In this document: positions 39,193 through 48,150 of the stretch, one piece after another
Position numbering within the stretch: the first letter of the stretch is position 1
Layout: each line of letters opens with the position of its first letter
NCBI GenBank assembly: GCA_964613985.1
Contig: CAZTJD010000002.1
Location: 3,664-67,663 of the forward strand
Source: an uncultured Anaerolineales bacterium
GTDB taxonomy: Bacteria > Chloroflexota > Anaerolineae > Anaerolineales > UBA11858
Direction of reading: 5' to 3'
Length of the DNA stretch: 64,000 bases
Notes under the pieces: generated by a model
Databases searched by the model: none
What the model was told of the DNA's origin: nothing
The model's input: only the letters and a program-made list of their open reading frames with translations
Position numbers and translations under genes: made by a program

Positions 39193-39879
39193 TCAACGGA
39201 ATGGCGTGGCTAAAGCTCCTGAGGCGACCAAGACCCAGGCATAAGACCTGCTATCCTGCATCCCAGGTGTGACCCCTACTCGAATGAATGTCCCTGTTAG
39301 AGTAGCCTTCCAGGAGTCCAATTCGATATCATCTACTTGCTTGGCAGCAAAAGAAAATCCCTGAACATCAAATTCCTCAATCTGCGACTCGATAAATTCA
39401 TAGTTGGTGAGACCGGGAAAAGAACTCATAATCAGGCTAAGTGCCGTTGTCGCATCTTCGGGAACGCCTTGATCCTGCCGGACTGCATAAATCCCGATGG
39501 TACCTCCCTGGACATCGGCAACCCAATCGCCAGTGATTGTTGAATCGCCAACACTCAAAGATCCAAATCCTTGTTTCCAGAAACCAAAATAGGTCGTCCC
39601 AGCCATATCAAATACGGCATCCAGTCCTTCCTGGGTATTGATGGGCAGATTCACCTCTCCCGACTTACCCCCCGCCATCAAATCCTCAATGGTCAAACCC
39701 AAAACATCCTTAGCATATGTCTGGATAGCTTCTTTAGCATCTACCTGTGGGATTGGCGCACCACCTTCAAACGCCACTGTTCCAGCAAGGCGAGGAGACT
39801 GATTCCCTGGCGGGCTGGTGCAAGCCAGAATTCCAAAAAATAAAGCAACAATCGCATACAGATAGTGGAATTTCTTCAT
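39193..39879 (-). CDS. hypothetical lipoprotein
   Basis: AAGGAG RBS and signal peptide MKKFHYLYAIVALFFGILAC (lipobox ILAC). I recognised no domain. Confidence 0.55.
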   Translation of the reverse strand: MKKFHYLYAIVALFFGILACTSPPGNQSPRLAGTVAFEGGAPIPQVDAKEAIQTYAKDVLGLTIEDLMAGGKSGEVNLPINTQEGLDAVFDMAGTTYFGFWKQGFGSLSVGDSTITGDWVADVQGGTIGIYAVRQDQGVPEDATTALSLIMSSFPGLTNYEFIESQIEEFDVQGFSFAAKQVDDIELDSWKATLTGTFIRVGVTPGMQDSRSYAWVLVASGALATPFR

Positions 39880-40285
39880 TCCAGGCTCCTTATCGATAGG
39901 ATCCAATTAGCATTTAGAAACACTTAATCGATTAGTTAAACCTTCTTTTATCTTCCAAAGAGAATCCAAAGCTTTATAAATATACATAATCGGTAGACTT
40001 ACCTGTAAAATTTGTTGTTTAGGCTTCCAAAGGTACTTCTATATAAGTCGTAAACGAATTTTACCTTTTCCTTCGACACAGAATTAATAGAATTTCTTAA
40101 GTTTATTACAGTCATAAATCACTTTGATGCAACTAATAATTCAGGAAAGGTCCTTGACCGGTATACACCATCTATATCCCAAATAGATATGGACTTGTAA
40201 ACCTTAAACCACAGGCTAACAAGCCAGATATCCAAGCACAGATGTGTTGTTCTAGTAATTATTGGATTTGCCCCTCCTTACAGCA

Positions 40286-40320
40286 CAAGAAAAGTGAAGG
40301 ACTCGCTAGTCCATCACTTT
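40286..40320 (-). terminator. rho-independent terminator after the S10 peptidase gene
   Basis: On the minus strand, stem AGTGATGGACT/AGTCCTTCACT (one mismatch) with a 4-nt loop, followed by TTTTCTT. Confidence 0.6.
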
Positions 40321-40342
40321 CGTCTTCAACAGGCAGGCTCCT

Positions 40343-41848
40343 CTAGGAAGTTGATTTAATCACAAATTCAGCTAGGTCTGCTTTCAGCTTTGCTAAGGAG
40401 GGCATGTGGATGTACATCATGTGCCCGGCTTCATAAAAGGTCATGGTGTAATTACTTCGCAGGCTCTCGTCCAAGTCCATGTGGTTGAAAGTATAGACTG
40501 TAGCCAGGTAGGGTGTTGCCAGGTCGTAGAATCCATTGGCGACTAACACCTTCAGATGAGGATTGATCGACATCGCTTTTCGAAGGGTTTCGGCAACATT
40601 GATATACTGGTTCTGGTAGGATTCATAGCTCCAGGGGTGGACCCGTTGGGTAAGTACTTCATAAGGCAGGTCCGACTCGAAATTAAGCTCCGTTCGGACA
40701 TAATCGTTAAGAGTGGCCGTATAAGGTCCCATGATGGCGCTCAGGCTGGGGTCATGCTCCCAGGTCTCGCCAGCAGCATTGCGATCAATACCTTTAAAAC
40801 GCGAGTCCAAACGGCCTGTAGTTCGACGCTCATCGCGTAGCAATTCCTTGGTGAAGCGCATAATATTGATACGTAAGTTTGTTTGTTCGATATATTCTGG
40901 TCGCAAACCTGTATAGTAGGCCAAAAGATCCACGATGCGGTCATGTTCGTCTTGAGAGAGAGAATCTCCCTTCATTAGGGCATGAGCATATTCACCTTGG
41001 GCAAAAGTCTCTACTTCTTCCAGGGTTTGTCGCAGGTCCCGTCCTAAAGCCGGGTCGAGCCTGTCATGGTACCAGGCAGTGGCTGTGTAAGTGGGTAAGA
41101 AAAGAACATAAGGTAGGTCGTTACCGGGGGTGAACCTGGCTGTCTGGAAATTCAAAATAGAAGAAACTAGCATAATCCCATTGAGATACATACCATGGCG
41201 TTCTTGCAGGTAACCAGATAAACCAGCACTGCGGGTCGTGCCGTAACTTTCGCCGATGAGGAACTTAGGAGATGTCCAGCGGTTATAACGGGTGGTGTAT
41301 AGGCGAATAAAATCCCCTACGGAGGAGATATCCTTTTCAAAATCATGGAACTGTTTAGGATTTTCGCCAACTAACACCCGGCTGAAACCAGTGGTTACAG
41401 GATCGATAAAGACGAGGTCAGTAACATCGAATAGCGAAAATTTATTATCCTCCAGATGGTAAGGGGGAGGTAAAAGGTTTCCCACATCGCCCATCTCCAC
41501 TCGTCGAGGACCAAGCAAACCAAGATGTAGCCAGACAGAGGAAGATCCTGGTCCACCGTTGAAAGAAAATGTTATCGGACGCTCCTGGCGGTGCACGGCA
41601 TCTGGCACGGAATTATCTCGGTCCAACGTGTAGGCAATGAAGAATATTTCCGCTTTAGGCTTATCCCCTTCATTCTCGTTTTTTGTCTCGCCCCCAGTTT
41701 CTGATTCTTCTTTGAGGATCATCGTGCCAGTTGTGGCAGTGTACCTGTATTCTTTCTCCCCAACCACTAATGAATGCTGGGTGATCGAGATATTATCTTG
41801 TGGTTCCTTCTTGATATTTTTTACATCATTTATAATTTCTTCTGTCAT
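40343..41848 (-). CDS. peptidase S10 (serine carboxypeptidase) family protein
   Basis: FNGGPGSSS and GESYG catalytic Ser motifs. An alternative TTG start is at 41875. Confidence 0.8.
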   Translation of the reverse strand: MTEEIINDVKNIKKEPQDNISITQHSLVVGEKEYRYTATTGTMILKEESETGGETKNENEGDKPKAEIFFIAYTLDRDNSVPDAVHRQERPITFSFNGGPGSSSVWLHLGLLGPRRVEMGDVGNLLPPPYHLEDNKFSLFDVTDLVFIDPVTTGFSRVLVGENPKQFHDFEKDISSVGDFIRLYTTRYNRWTSPKFLIGESYGTTRSAGLSGYLQERHGMYLNGIMLVSSILNFQTARFTPGNDLPYVLFLPTYTATAWYHDRLDPALGRDLRQTLEEVETFAQGEYAHALMKGDSLSQDEHDRIVDLLAYYTGLRPEYIEQTNLRINIMRFTKELLRDERRTTGRLDSRFKGIDRNAAGETWEHDPSLSAIMGPYTATLNDYVRTELNFESDLPYEVLTQRVHPWSYESYQNQYINVAETLRKAMSINPHLKVLVANGFYDLATPYLATVYTFNHMDLDESLRSNYTMTFYEAGHMMYIHMPSLAKLKADLAEFVIKSTS

Positions 41849-41989
41849 GGTTTCTTCTCTATCTAAAATCCTCAATTCACTCTGAGCCTAAAAGCGCATT
41901 TCCTTGTAACCTTGATCAACCAAAAATTTTCTCCCACCAGAACTGGATCAAGTTAAGACAACTTTTCATTTTTCTACCAGACATAATAT

Positions 41990-42733
41990 TCAATCTTCAT
42001 AACGGGAGTCTTCGATGATTTGTTTAAACTTCTCATCTTCCGATGGGATCTTGATTGTACCCGGATTCTCGGCTGCATACCTTTTTTCTGCTGCATCAAG
42101 GGCTTCAGCCGAGGCACGCGGCACAATAGCCCACTTCCCACAATGAGGACAACGCTCCAATTTTCCAAGTACTATATTCGGGGAGAGCATGTTCCTGGAA
42201 TAAGGGAAGGTGCAGCGAGGGCAAATCGCCCCACCAGCCGCGCTATAAACCCCTGGGGTATACTGCTTCTTTCGTCCTAACAGAACAGGAACAAGCACAC
42301 CAAGCAGGGTTGCTAACCCCACCAGGACCAGGATTGGAACAAGTATATCCCCGACATTACTCCAAGCATTGTCTGCGGATAAGAAGTTACGGCTGAATTC
42401 CGTGGCATGGACTTCGGTTCCATCTGCTTTGTAACCAATGGCATTAAATGTGTGGCGACCTTCAGGAAAATTAGCGGTGTTAAATTGCCATTTAAAGGGA
42501 GGTTCAGCACCTTCATAAACAAGTTTTCCATCGAGGTAGTACTCAACACGAACCAGATCCTCAGGAGAGATTACCTTTAGGCTAAAACGCCCCTGGATAT
42601 CCCCTCCAAAACCACCGTAACCAAAATCGCGGTTGAAGTCCAATACCAGCGATTCTTCTCCCTCTTGGGCTGAAACCGGTAATGCAAATATAAAACATAC
42701 GAGTAAGACAAAAAAAATAGACCATTTTTTCAT
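41990..42733 (-). CDS. single-pass membrane protein: secreted Ig-like domain, TM helix, cytoplasmic zinc ribbon
   Basis: Signal peptide ...ALPVSAQE, a beta-rich ectodomain, TM segment ILVPILVLVGLATLLGVLVPVLL, then CPRC...CPHC. Confidence 0.6.
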   Translation of the reverse strand: MKKWSIFFVLLVCFIFALPVSAQEGEESLVLDFNRDFGYGGFGGDIQGRFSLKVISPEDLVRVEYYLDGKLVYEGAEPPFKWQFNTANFPEGRHTFNAIGYKADGTEVHATEFSRNFLSADNAWSNVGDILVPILVLVGLATLLGVLVPVLLGRKKQYTPGVYSAAGGAICPRCTFPYSRNMLSPNIVLGKLERCPHCGKWAIVPRASAEALDAAEKRYAAENPGTIKIPSEDEKFKQIIEDSRYED

Positions 42734-42766
42734 GGATTTACTCCGGGAAAAAAATGCAAAGGGGGA

Positions 42767-43564
42767 TTATTTCCAGCGAGTGAGGATGGTCTCACGCTGG
42801 AATAACTGGGTCGCAAATGCGAACAACGCCAGGTCCAAAACAAATAAACCTGCCGCCATCCAAAGGATTATTGATTCATTTATGAAGATTAAACCGGTTG
42901 ACTGACCAACAAACAACCCGATTAGGGGTAGGACAAAGACAGCTGAGATCTGTTCTGCCACTCGTGGATCATTGACGCGTGACGAGATCATCACCGCAAT
43001 GCTAACACCAGCGATCGCTAGCAAGGGTCCTACTACAAAGATGGCGATCAACCAGATTGCATCGAAGAGCTTATCAGTCACCGCTGGGCTGACAGCCATA
43101 ATCATAGTACCCATGGCGTAAAGCAAAAAACTCGCCCAGGTCGCCAGCACAGCAGGTAGAGTTGCTGCTAACGCTTTCCCCAATAGCAGTTCAAAAGTAG
43201 AGATCGGAGTTGCTAGAAGGGGTTCCAAGGTATGGGTGGACTTCTCGCCAACAATGCTATACGAAGCAAAAGTGATCGGCACAATCATTGGCACCATCAT
43301 GAAAAGCAACATAAATTGTGAAACAATAAAATACTGCATGCATTCTTGCCCAGTCATCTCGCCGCAGAGTTTAGCGAATGAGGGGGGCAGATCCGAGACT
43401 AGGGAAGCATCCCCGCCCAAGTCATCTGCAGAACCTGTGAAATATAGAATCACCAAAGGCATCACAGTAAATAATAGGGGTAAGAAGGCCACACTAAAAA
43501 GGACAAAACGATTCTTAAACACTTCTGTCCATTCTTTACGAACAAGAACCCATATTTTCTTCAT
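42767..43564 (-). CDS. ABC-2 type transporter permease
   Basis: Six hydrophobic segments, immediately downstream of the ABC ATPase gene. Confidence 0.7.
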   Translation of the reverse strand: MKKIWVLVRKEWTEVFKNRFVLFSVAFLPLLFTVMPLVILYFTGSADDLGGDASLVSDLPPSFAKLCGEMTGQECMQYFIVSQFMLLFMMVPMIVPITFASYSIVGEKSTHTLEPLLATPISTFELLLGKALAATLPAVLATWASFLLYAMGTMIMAVSPAVTDKLFDAIWLIAIFVVGPLLAIAGVSIAVMISSRVNDPRVAEQISAVFVLPLIGLFVGQSTGLIFINESIILWMAAGLFVLDLALFAFATQLFQRETILTRWK

Positions 43565-43572
43565 GGTTTCAC

Positions 43573-44484
43573 CTATGCCTGCACCAGCTGCAGGTATACA
43601 TCTTCCAGGCGATGCCGGAGTTCCCCAACAAACTGGATCTCTGCACCAGATTCAACCAGGGCGCGAATTAGCTCGGGATTATGAGCCTCAGGATCATCAA
43701 GGTTGACTACCAACTTATTATCCATCCTTTCAACTGATTTCACAAAATCAAATGTCTTTAAGATATTCACTTGAGACGGAAAAGTCTCCCGCAGGTGAAA
43801 GACGACGGCGCGTCCAAAAAGCTTTTGCCGTAACATCCTTGGCGAATCCAGGGCAAGTAAATTGCTTTTGAAAACTGCGATTCGGTCACATAAGCGGTCC
43901 GCCTCGTCCAGATTGTGAGTACACATTAAGATGGTGCGTCCCTCCTCGCGCAAATCAGAAATAAATTGGCGTACCAATTGAGCTGCTTCAGGGTCAAGAC
44001 CACTAGTCGGCTCATCAAGGAAAAGCACTTTTGGCTCATGTAGTAAAGCACGGGCAATCGCCAGCTTTTGACGCATTCCCTTAGAGAATGTGGCAACAGG
44101 TTCATGCCTTCGCTCCCATAATCCCAACATCCGCAGGTAGCGCTCAACCTGTCCAGGGATATCTTGTACTTCATACATTTCACCATAGAACGAAAGGTTG
44201 CGTTCAGCGCTTAGCTGGTCATAAAGCCCTGGTGCTTCGGTAAGGATACCGACATTACAACGAATTTCATTGTCGTCTTTACCGATCTGATAACCGACCA
44301 CCCAGGCTGTACCACTAGTCGGGCTGATTAAGGCGCTAAGCATCCGGATTGTCGTTGTCTTCCCAGCACCGTTAGGACCTAGTAATCCGAAAATCTCGCC
44401 AGTTCCAACGGTCAAAGATAAGTCTTCTACTGCTGTGACAGTTTTAAATTTCTTGGTTAGTTTTTGTAAAATTATCGCATCCAT
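43573..44484 (-). CDS. ABC transporter ATP-binding protein
   Basis: Walker A GPNGAGKTT, signature FSKGMRQKL and Walker B LFLDEPTSGLD. Confidence 0.9.
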   Translation of the reverse strand: MDAIILQKLTKKFKTVTAVEDLSLTVGTGEIFGLLGPNGAGKTTTIRMLSALISPTSGTAWVVGYQIGKDDNEIRCNVGILTEAPGLYDQLSAERNLSFYGEMYEVQDIPGQVERYLRMLGLWERRHEPVATFSKGMRQKLAIARALLHEPKVLFLDEPTSGLDPEAAQLVRQFISDLREEGRTILMCTHNLDEADRLCDRIAVFKSNLLALDSPRMLRQKLFGRAVVFHLRETFPSQVNILKTFDFVKSVERMDNKLVVNLDDPEAHNPELIRALVESGAEIQFVGELRHRLEDVYLQLVQA

Positions 44485-44576
44485 TATTTCTGTTTAACTC
44501 TTGAATATTGGTAATCCTTATAGGAACAAACCTGCTCTGTCGAGGTGCTATTCTGGATGGACAGTATTGATAAAAA

Positions 44577-45449
44577 TTAAATATACCGGCTGTCATCCAG
44601 GCTTTCTTCGGATATCAGGTTTGGTTTGACTTGAAGTTCTTCATCTGCGGATTGGGTTTCACCAGCTGATTCATGTCGACCATAATTTTCTTCATCCGTT
44701 GATCTCAGGACAAGTACAACGCCCAGGCTCAAGATTCCCATCCCCAGTATGATGGCTTCGGTCACGTAAGGATTCCAGGTTTGAGAAGCGAAAACAGCAG
44801 TAGCGTCCACCAGGGCATGCCACAGGACTGTCAGGACAAGCCACAGTATATTCCTCCTGGAAAAGGATTGCAATACCAAAACTGTAGCGCTTAGGTGAAA
44901 AATGATTGTTGCAAGCCGCTCTACTGCACCTAAAATGGCAAGATGCCACGGTGCTGCCCAATAGGCAGCAAGCTGTGCCTTAACCAGTTCTATCTGATCC
45001 ACAGCGACAACAGTACTCAGGTCTACATTCGACAAAGCAATGGCCTGAATGAAGGCATATAAGGCTATTCCGCCTAAAAGGATTGATTCGATTCCCCCGT
45101 GCCCGGCGCCATACATCAAAGCCGATTTCCAGGTACGGTTCTGCCGTATCCATAATTTGTATCCAAAGTAGCGGGTAATCTCCTCAAAAACACCAGCAGA
45201 AAGTCCATATATCAAGCTATAGACTGCCAGATCAAACCCCTGCTGGATATCTAATGCCCAATTATTTACCGCGGGTGTCAAAACCCAAGTATTAAAAGGG
45301 ATATGAACCACCTGGGAAAGGATAAAGGTAATCACCCCAATTCCAAAAAGAGACCAGGTTGTTTTAAATTTTCTCACTAAATAGATTGCCAACCCAAATG
45401 GCATGGCGATCATCAGGGAAAAGTTTACTACTCGAGCAACTATGTCCAT
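44577..45449 (-). CDS. YhfC-family intramembrane metalloprotease-like protein
   Basis: Polytopic protein with a GVFEEITRY (EExxR) motif and later conserved His residues (GAGHGGIE, FHLS). Confidence 0.6.
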   Translation of the reverse strand: MDIVARVVNFSLMIAMPFGLAIYLVRKFKTTWSLFGIGVITFILSQVVHIPFNTWVLTPAVNNWALDIQQGFDLAVYSLIYGLSAGVFEEITRYFGYKLWIRQNRTWKSALMYGAGHGGIESILLGGIALYAFIQAIALSNVDLSTVVAVDQIELVKAQLAAYWAAPWHLAILGAVERLATIIFHLSATVLVLQSFSRRNILWLVLTVLWHALVDATAVFASQTWNPYVTEAIILGMGILSLGVVLVLRSTDEENYGRHESAGETQSADEELQVKPNLISEESLDDSRYI

Positions 45450-45504
45450 AACATCCTAGATCTGTTTTTCAGTGGCGCGCAGAACCTATCCTGATTTTTT
45501 AACC

Positions 45505-45559
45505 TGTTCCACGTGAAACAATCGAACCCTTAATGGATGTTATTGTTTCACGTGAAACA
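45505..45559. promoter_or_regulatory. pair of 16-bp palindromic operator-like sites
   Basis: TGTTCCACGTGAAACA (45505-45520) and the perfect palindrome TGTTTCACGTGAAACA (45544-45559). Centres are 39 bp apart, 56-110 nt upstream of the YhfC start. Confidence 0.65.
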
Positions 45560-45668
45560 GCTAATAAATACTTCTAAAAAGTACCTCTCATTATTTTCAG
45601 GTTAAATATACCCTTGTTTCTTCATATTGATAAGATAATAATCCCAGAGGAAACCAGCTCACCTGAGT

Positions 45669-45896
45669 TTACCATGATTGCCCAGGTTGACTTCGACGTC
45701 GTCGTGTGTCTCTAGTTATAGAACGCTTAGCAGTAATCCAAATCTGGTTGCTACTGTGAGGTTGGTGAACACTGACCACTTCCCATCCATCCAGACCCAA
45801 TTCATTAAGGAAAACCTCCAACTTCTCGGGTTTCATACCTCGAAAGGCAGAACCAAGCACCTCAATTTTGTATTCCCATTGCATATTTTCTGACAT
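45669..45896 (-). CDS. DUF4177-like small protein
   Basis: WEYKIEVL...LNELGLDGWEVVSV pattern, 75 aa. Confidence 0.6.
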   Translation of the reverse strand: MSENMQWEYKIEVLGSAFRGMKPEKLEVFLNELGLDGWEVVSVHQPHSSNQIWITAKRSITRDTRRRRSQPGQSW

Positions 45897-46300
45897 TATT
45901 CTATCCTTATTTGTCCATTAAAGTTACTTCTATTGACGTGTTTCCCTGGCATGTTCTCCCGGGAAAATTACATTATTGATCTCTAAAATCATATTGAATT
46001 CCGTAATTTTTCTTTTATTTCGTCATAAAAACAAATAATGCTACACCAATTTCCAACAATAATGCCACAAGAAGGCCAATTAGAACCATGATATTCCGGC
46101 TGCTGTATGATCTATAATGTGTGCAGTAAGGATTAATATAGTTTGGAAGCATAGGATCTTGCTTTCTCCTTCTTGTTTTTGGCGTTCATCATCAAGTGCT
46201 GCAAAAACCGTAGCATGGATGTTTAACATCTTTAATCCTTATTATCCTGCTCCCAAACAGGATGGGTTCCCTGGACGGGAGCAGGATTTGGTTTTCAGAA

Positions 46301-47263
46301 TCAATCTTTTTTCTGTGCATTCTGTGCTAAAGAGACCATTCCGCTCAAGCCACCCAGGTTCATCGTGTCAACTGCACTGCTTGGGACAATGACCATAGCA
46401 CCTTTTTCCTTAAGACCTTCAAAGAGCATGTTCATCGCTCGAAGATGAAGGGCTGTGGGATTGTTAATGTAAGCCCGAGAAGCTTCGGCGAAGGAATCAG
46501 CGATCTGCTTCTCTGATTCTCCCAGGATGACCCGGGCTTGTCGTTCTCGCTCAGCCTGAGCTTGTCGCGACATGGCATCTTCCAATTCCTGTGGTATGAC
46601 GATATCACGGATCTCAACTGATTGCACTGTGATCCCCCATGGTGTGGTGCGTTCATCAATGGTTTTTTGCAAATCAGCATCCATTCGAGCACGGCCGATC
46701 AAGATATTGGCGAGGTCCATCTGCCCGAGAACCTCACGTAAGGCAGTCTGTGCAGCCCACGCAATAGCAGTCCGGTAACATTCCACTTCCAGGGCTGCTT
46801 TTTCTGCATCCCAAACCATCCAAAACAGGACCGCATCGACATCTACGGGGACTGTGTCCTTGGTCAGGGTTTTCTCAGCGCTAAAGGAGGTGACCATCAC
46901 CCGATGATCAATCCACTCAGGTATCGTCTCCACAATGGGTATAATCCAAAACAGCCCAGGACCGAATAAACCATGGAATTTCCCAAAACGCAAGACAATG
47001 GCTTTTTCCCACTGTGAGGCAATCTTAATCGCCATCAAAAAATAAATTCCAGCGAGGCACATAATCACTGCGTATGCCACAACCCAAAATACTTTCACAC
47101 CCCAAATTACTAAAAAAGGCGTGACAACGGCTGCCAGGATGATAAAAACAGTGAACATAAAACCAGCTACGCCACTTACACGGAGATTCGTTTGCCCAGA
47201 TTGGGCTAAAAAATTTTGCGTTTTATATCTTTGACTCATGATGATCCTCTCTTTCCGTTTCAT
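46301..47263 (-). CDS. SPFH/band-7 (stomatin-like) family membrane protein
   Basis: N-terminal TM helices, an SPFH core (VPVDVDAVLFWMVWDAEKAALEV) and an A/E/R-rich coiled coil. The start ATG abuts the GntR stop (TAAATG). Confidence 0.85.
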   Translation of the reverse strand: MKRKERIIMSQRYKTQNFLAQSGQTNLRVSGVAGFMFTVFIILAAVVTPFLVIWGVKVFWVVAYAVIMCLAGIYFLMAIKIASQWEKAIVLRFGKFHGLFGPGLFWIIPIVETIPEWIDHRVMVTSFSAEKTLTKDTVPVDVDAVLFWMVWDAEKAALEVECYRTAIAWAAQTALREVLGQMDLANILIGRARMDADLQKTIDERTTPWGITVQSVEIRDIVIPQELEDAMSRQAQAERERQARVILGESEKQIADSFAEASRAYINNPTALHLRAMNMLFEGLKEKGAMVIVPSSAVDTMNLGGLSGMVSLAQNAQKKD

Positions 47264-47677
47264 TTATTCATTATGTTCTGGTGCTGGAGAACCAGATTCA
47301 ACCCACAGATTAATATATTCTTCCAAAATCTGACCAACGTCTTGCGCCGTATAACCCAATTGGGCAACTTCGTTGAGATAATGACGAGTCAACCAATCCA
47401 GGTCTTGCTGGCGCAATAATTCGCCGTTCTTTTCGGATGGCAGGGGTAGGATATAAGTGCCTCTGCCGTGTTGGGTGGATATTAAGCCTTCTTCATCTAA
47501 CATACGATAAGCCCTCGCAATAGTATTGAAGTTCACTCGCAAATCAGTAGCCAATTGCCTTACAGTGGGTAGCTGATCATCGGGATGTAGTACTCCGGTG
47601 GCAATCATATGTTTTACCTGGTCAATGATTTGCACATAAATAGGGATTTTCGAGGTGAGATCAATTTCTATCTGCAT
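47264..47677 (-). CDS. GntR family (YtrA-like, short) transcriptional regulator
   Basis: Winged HTH LPTVRQLATDLRVNFNTIARAYRML with a short C-terminal domain (137 aa in total). Confidence 0.85.
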   Translation of the reverse strand: MQIEIDLTSKIPIYVQIIDQVKHMIATGVLHPDDQLPTVRQLATDLRVNFNTIARAYRMLDEEGLISTQHGRGTYILPLPSEKNGELLRQQDLDWLTRHYLNEVAQLGYTAQDVGQILEEYINLWVESGSPAPEHNE

Positions 47678-47700
47678 CCAGCCTCCTTTCGTAATTGTAT

Positions 47701-47754
47701 CTTTGTATTATTGTGCCTTTGTATTATTGTATAAATGTATCTTTGTATTATTGT
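47701..47754 (-). promoter_or_regulatory. three direct repeats CTTTGTATTATTGT in the GntR promoter region
   Basis: Identical 14-mers at 47701-47714, 47717-47730 and 47741-47754, 24-77 nt upstream of the GntR start codon. Confidence 0.7.
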
Positions 47755-48150
47755 ATACGCCTTTTCATGTCTTGTCAAGTACTAACTTTTAAAATTACGG
47801 TTTTAAGATCGAGGTTTATCACCTGTTTCACCAGTTCAAGAGGTTCTTTTTTTTTATTCATGCGGGATAATTCATTCAGAAAAGAATTACTACCTCCCAC
47901 TTTATCGTTTGGATAAAATCGTCTATACTTTGGAGGGAATAAATCAATCACAATTAATTTTTTCTCTATCCTGTAAACAATAATGAACCTTGGGATGCAA
48001 TACAATAAACTATAATTAAATGGAGGTCTGGTTTTATTACAGTATTGTATTGCTGCTTTCAAGATTCGATGATTTCTCAAAGATTAGCGGCTGTCATAAC
48101 GGACCAATATTAAGCCTTGTCTCACATAAAACAAACGAAGGAGATTATCA

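Noticed and set aside
47695-48080. ORFs 47695..47916 (+) and 47775..48080 (-) in the GntR/hydrolase divergent intergenic region
   Set aside because: They lie in a very AT-rich, repeat-laden regulatory region. The predicted proteins are low-complexity (I/L/Y/K/F-rich) and overlap the operator-like repeats.
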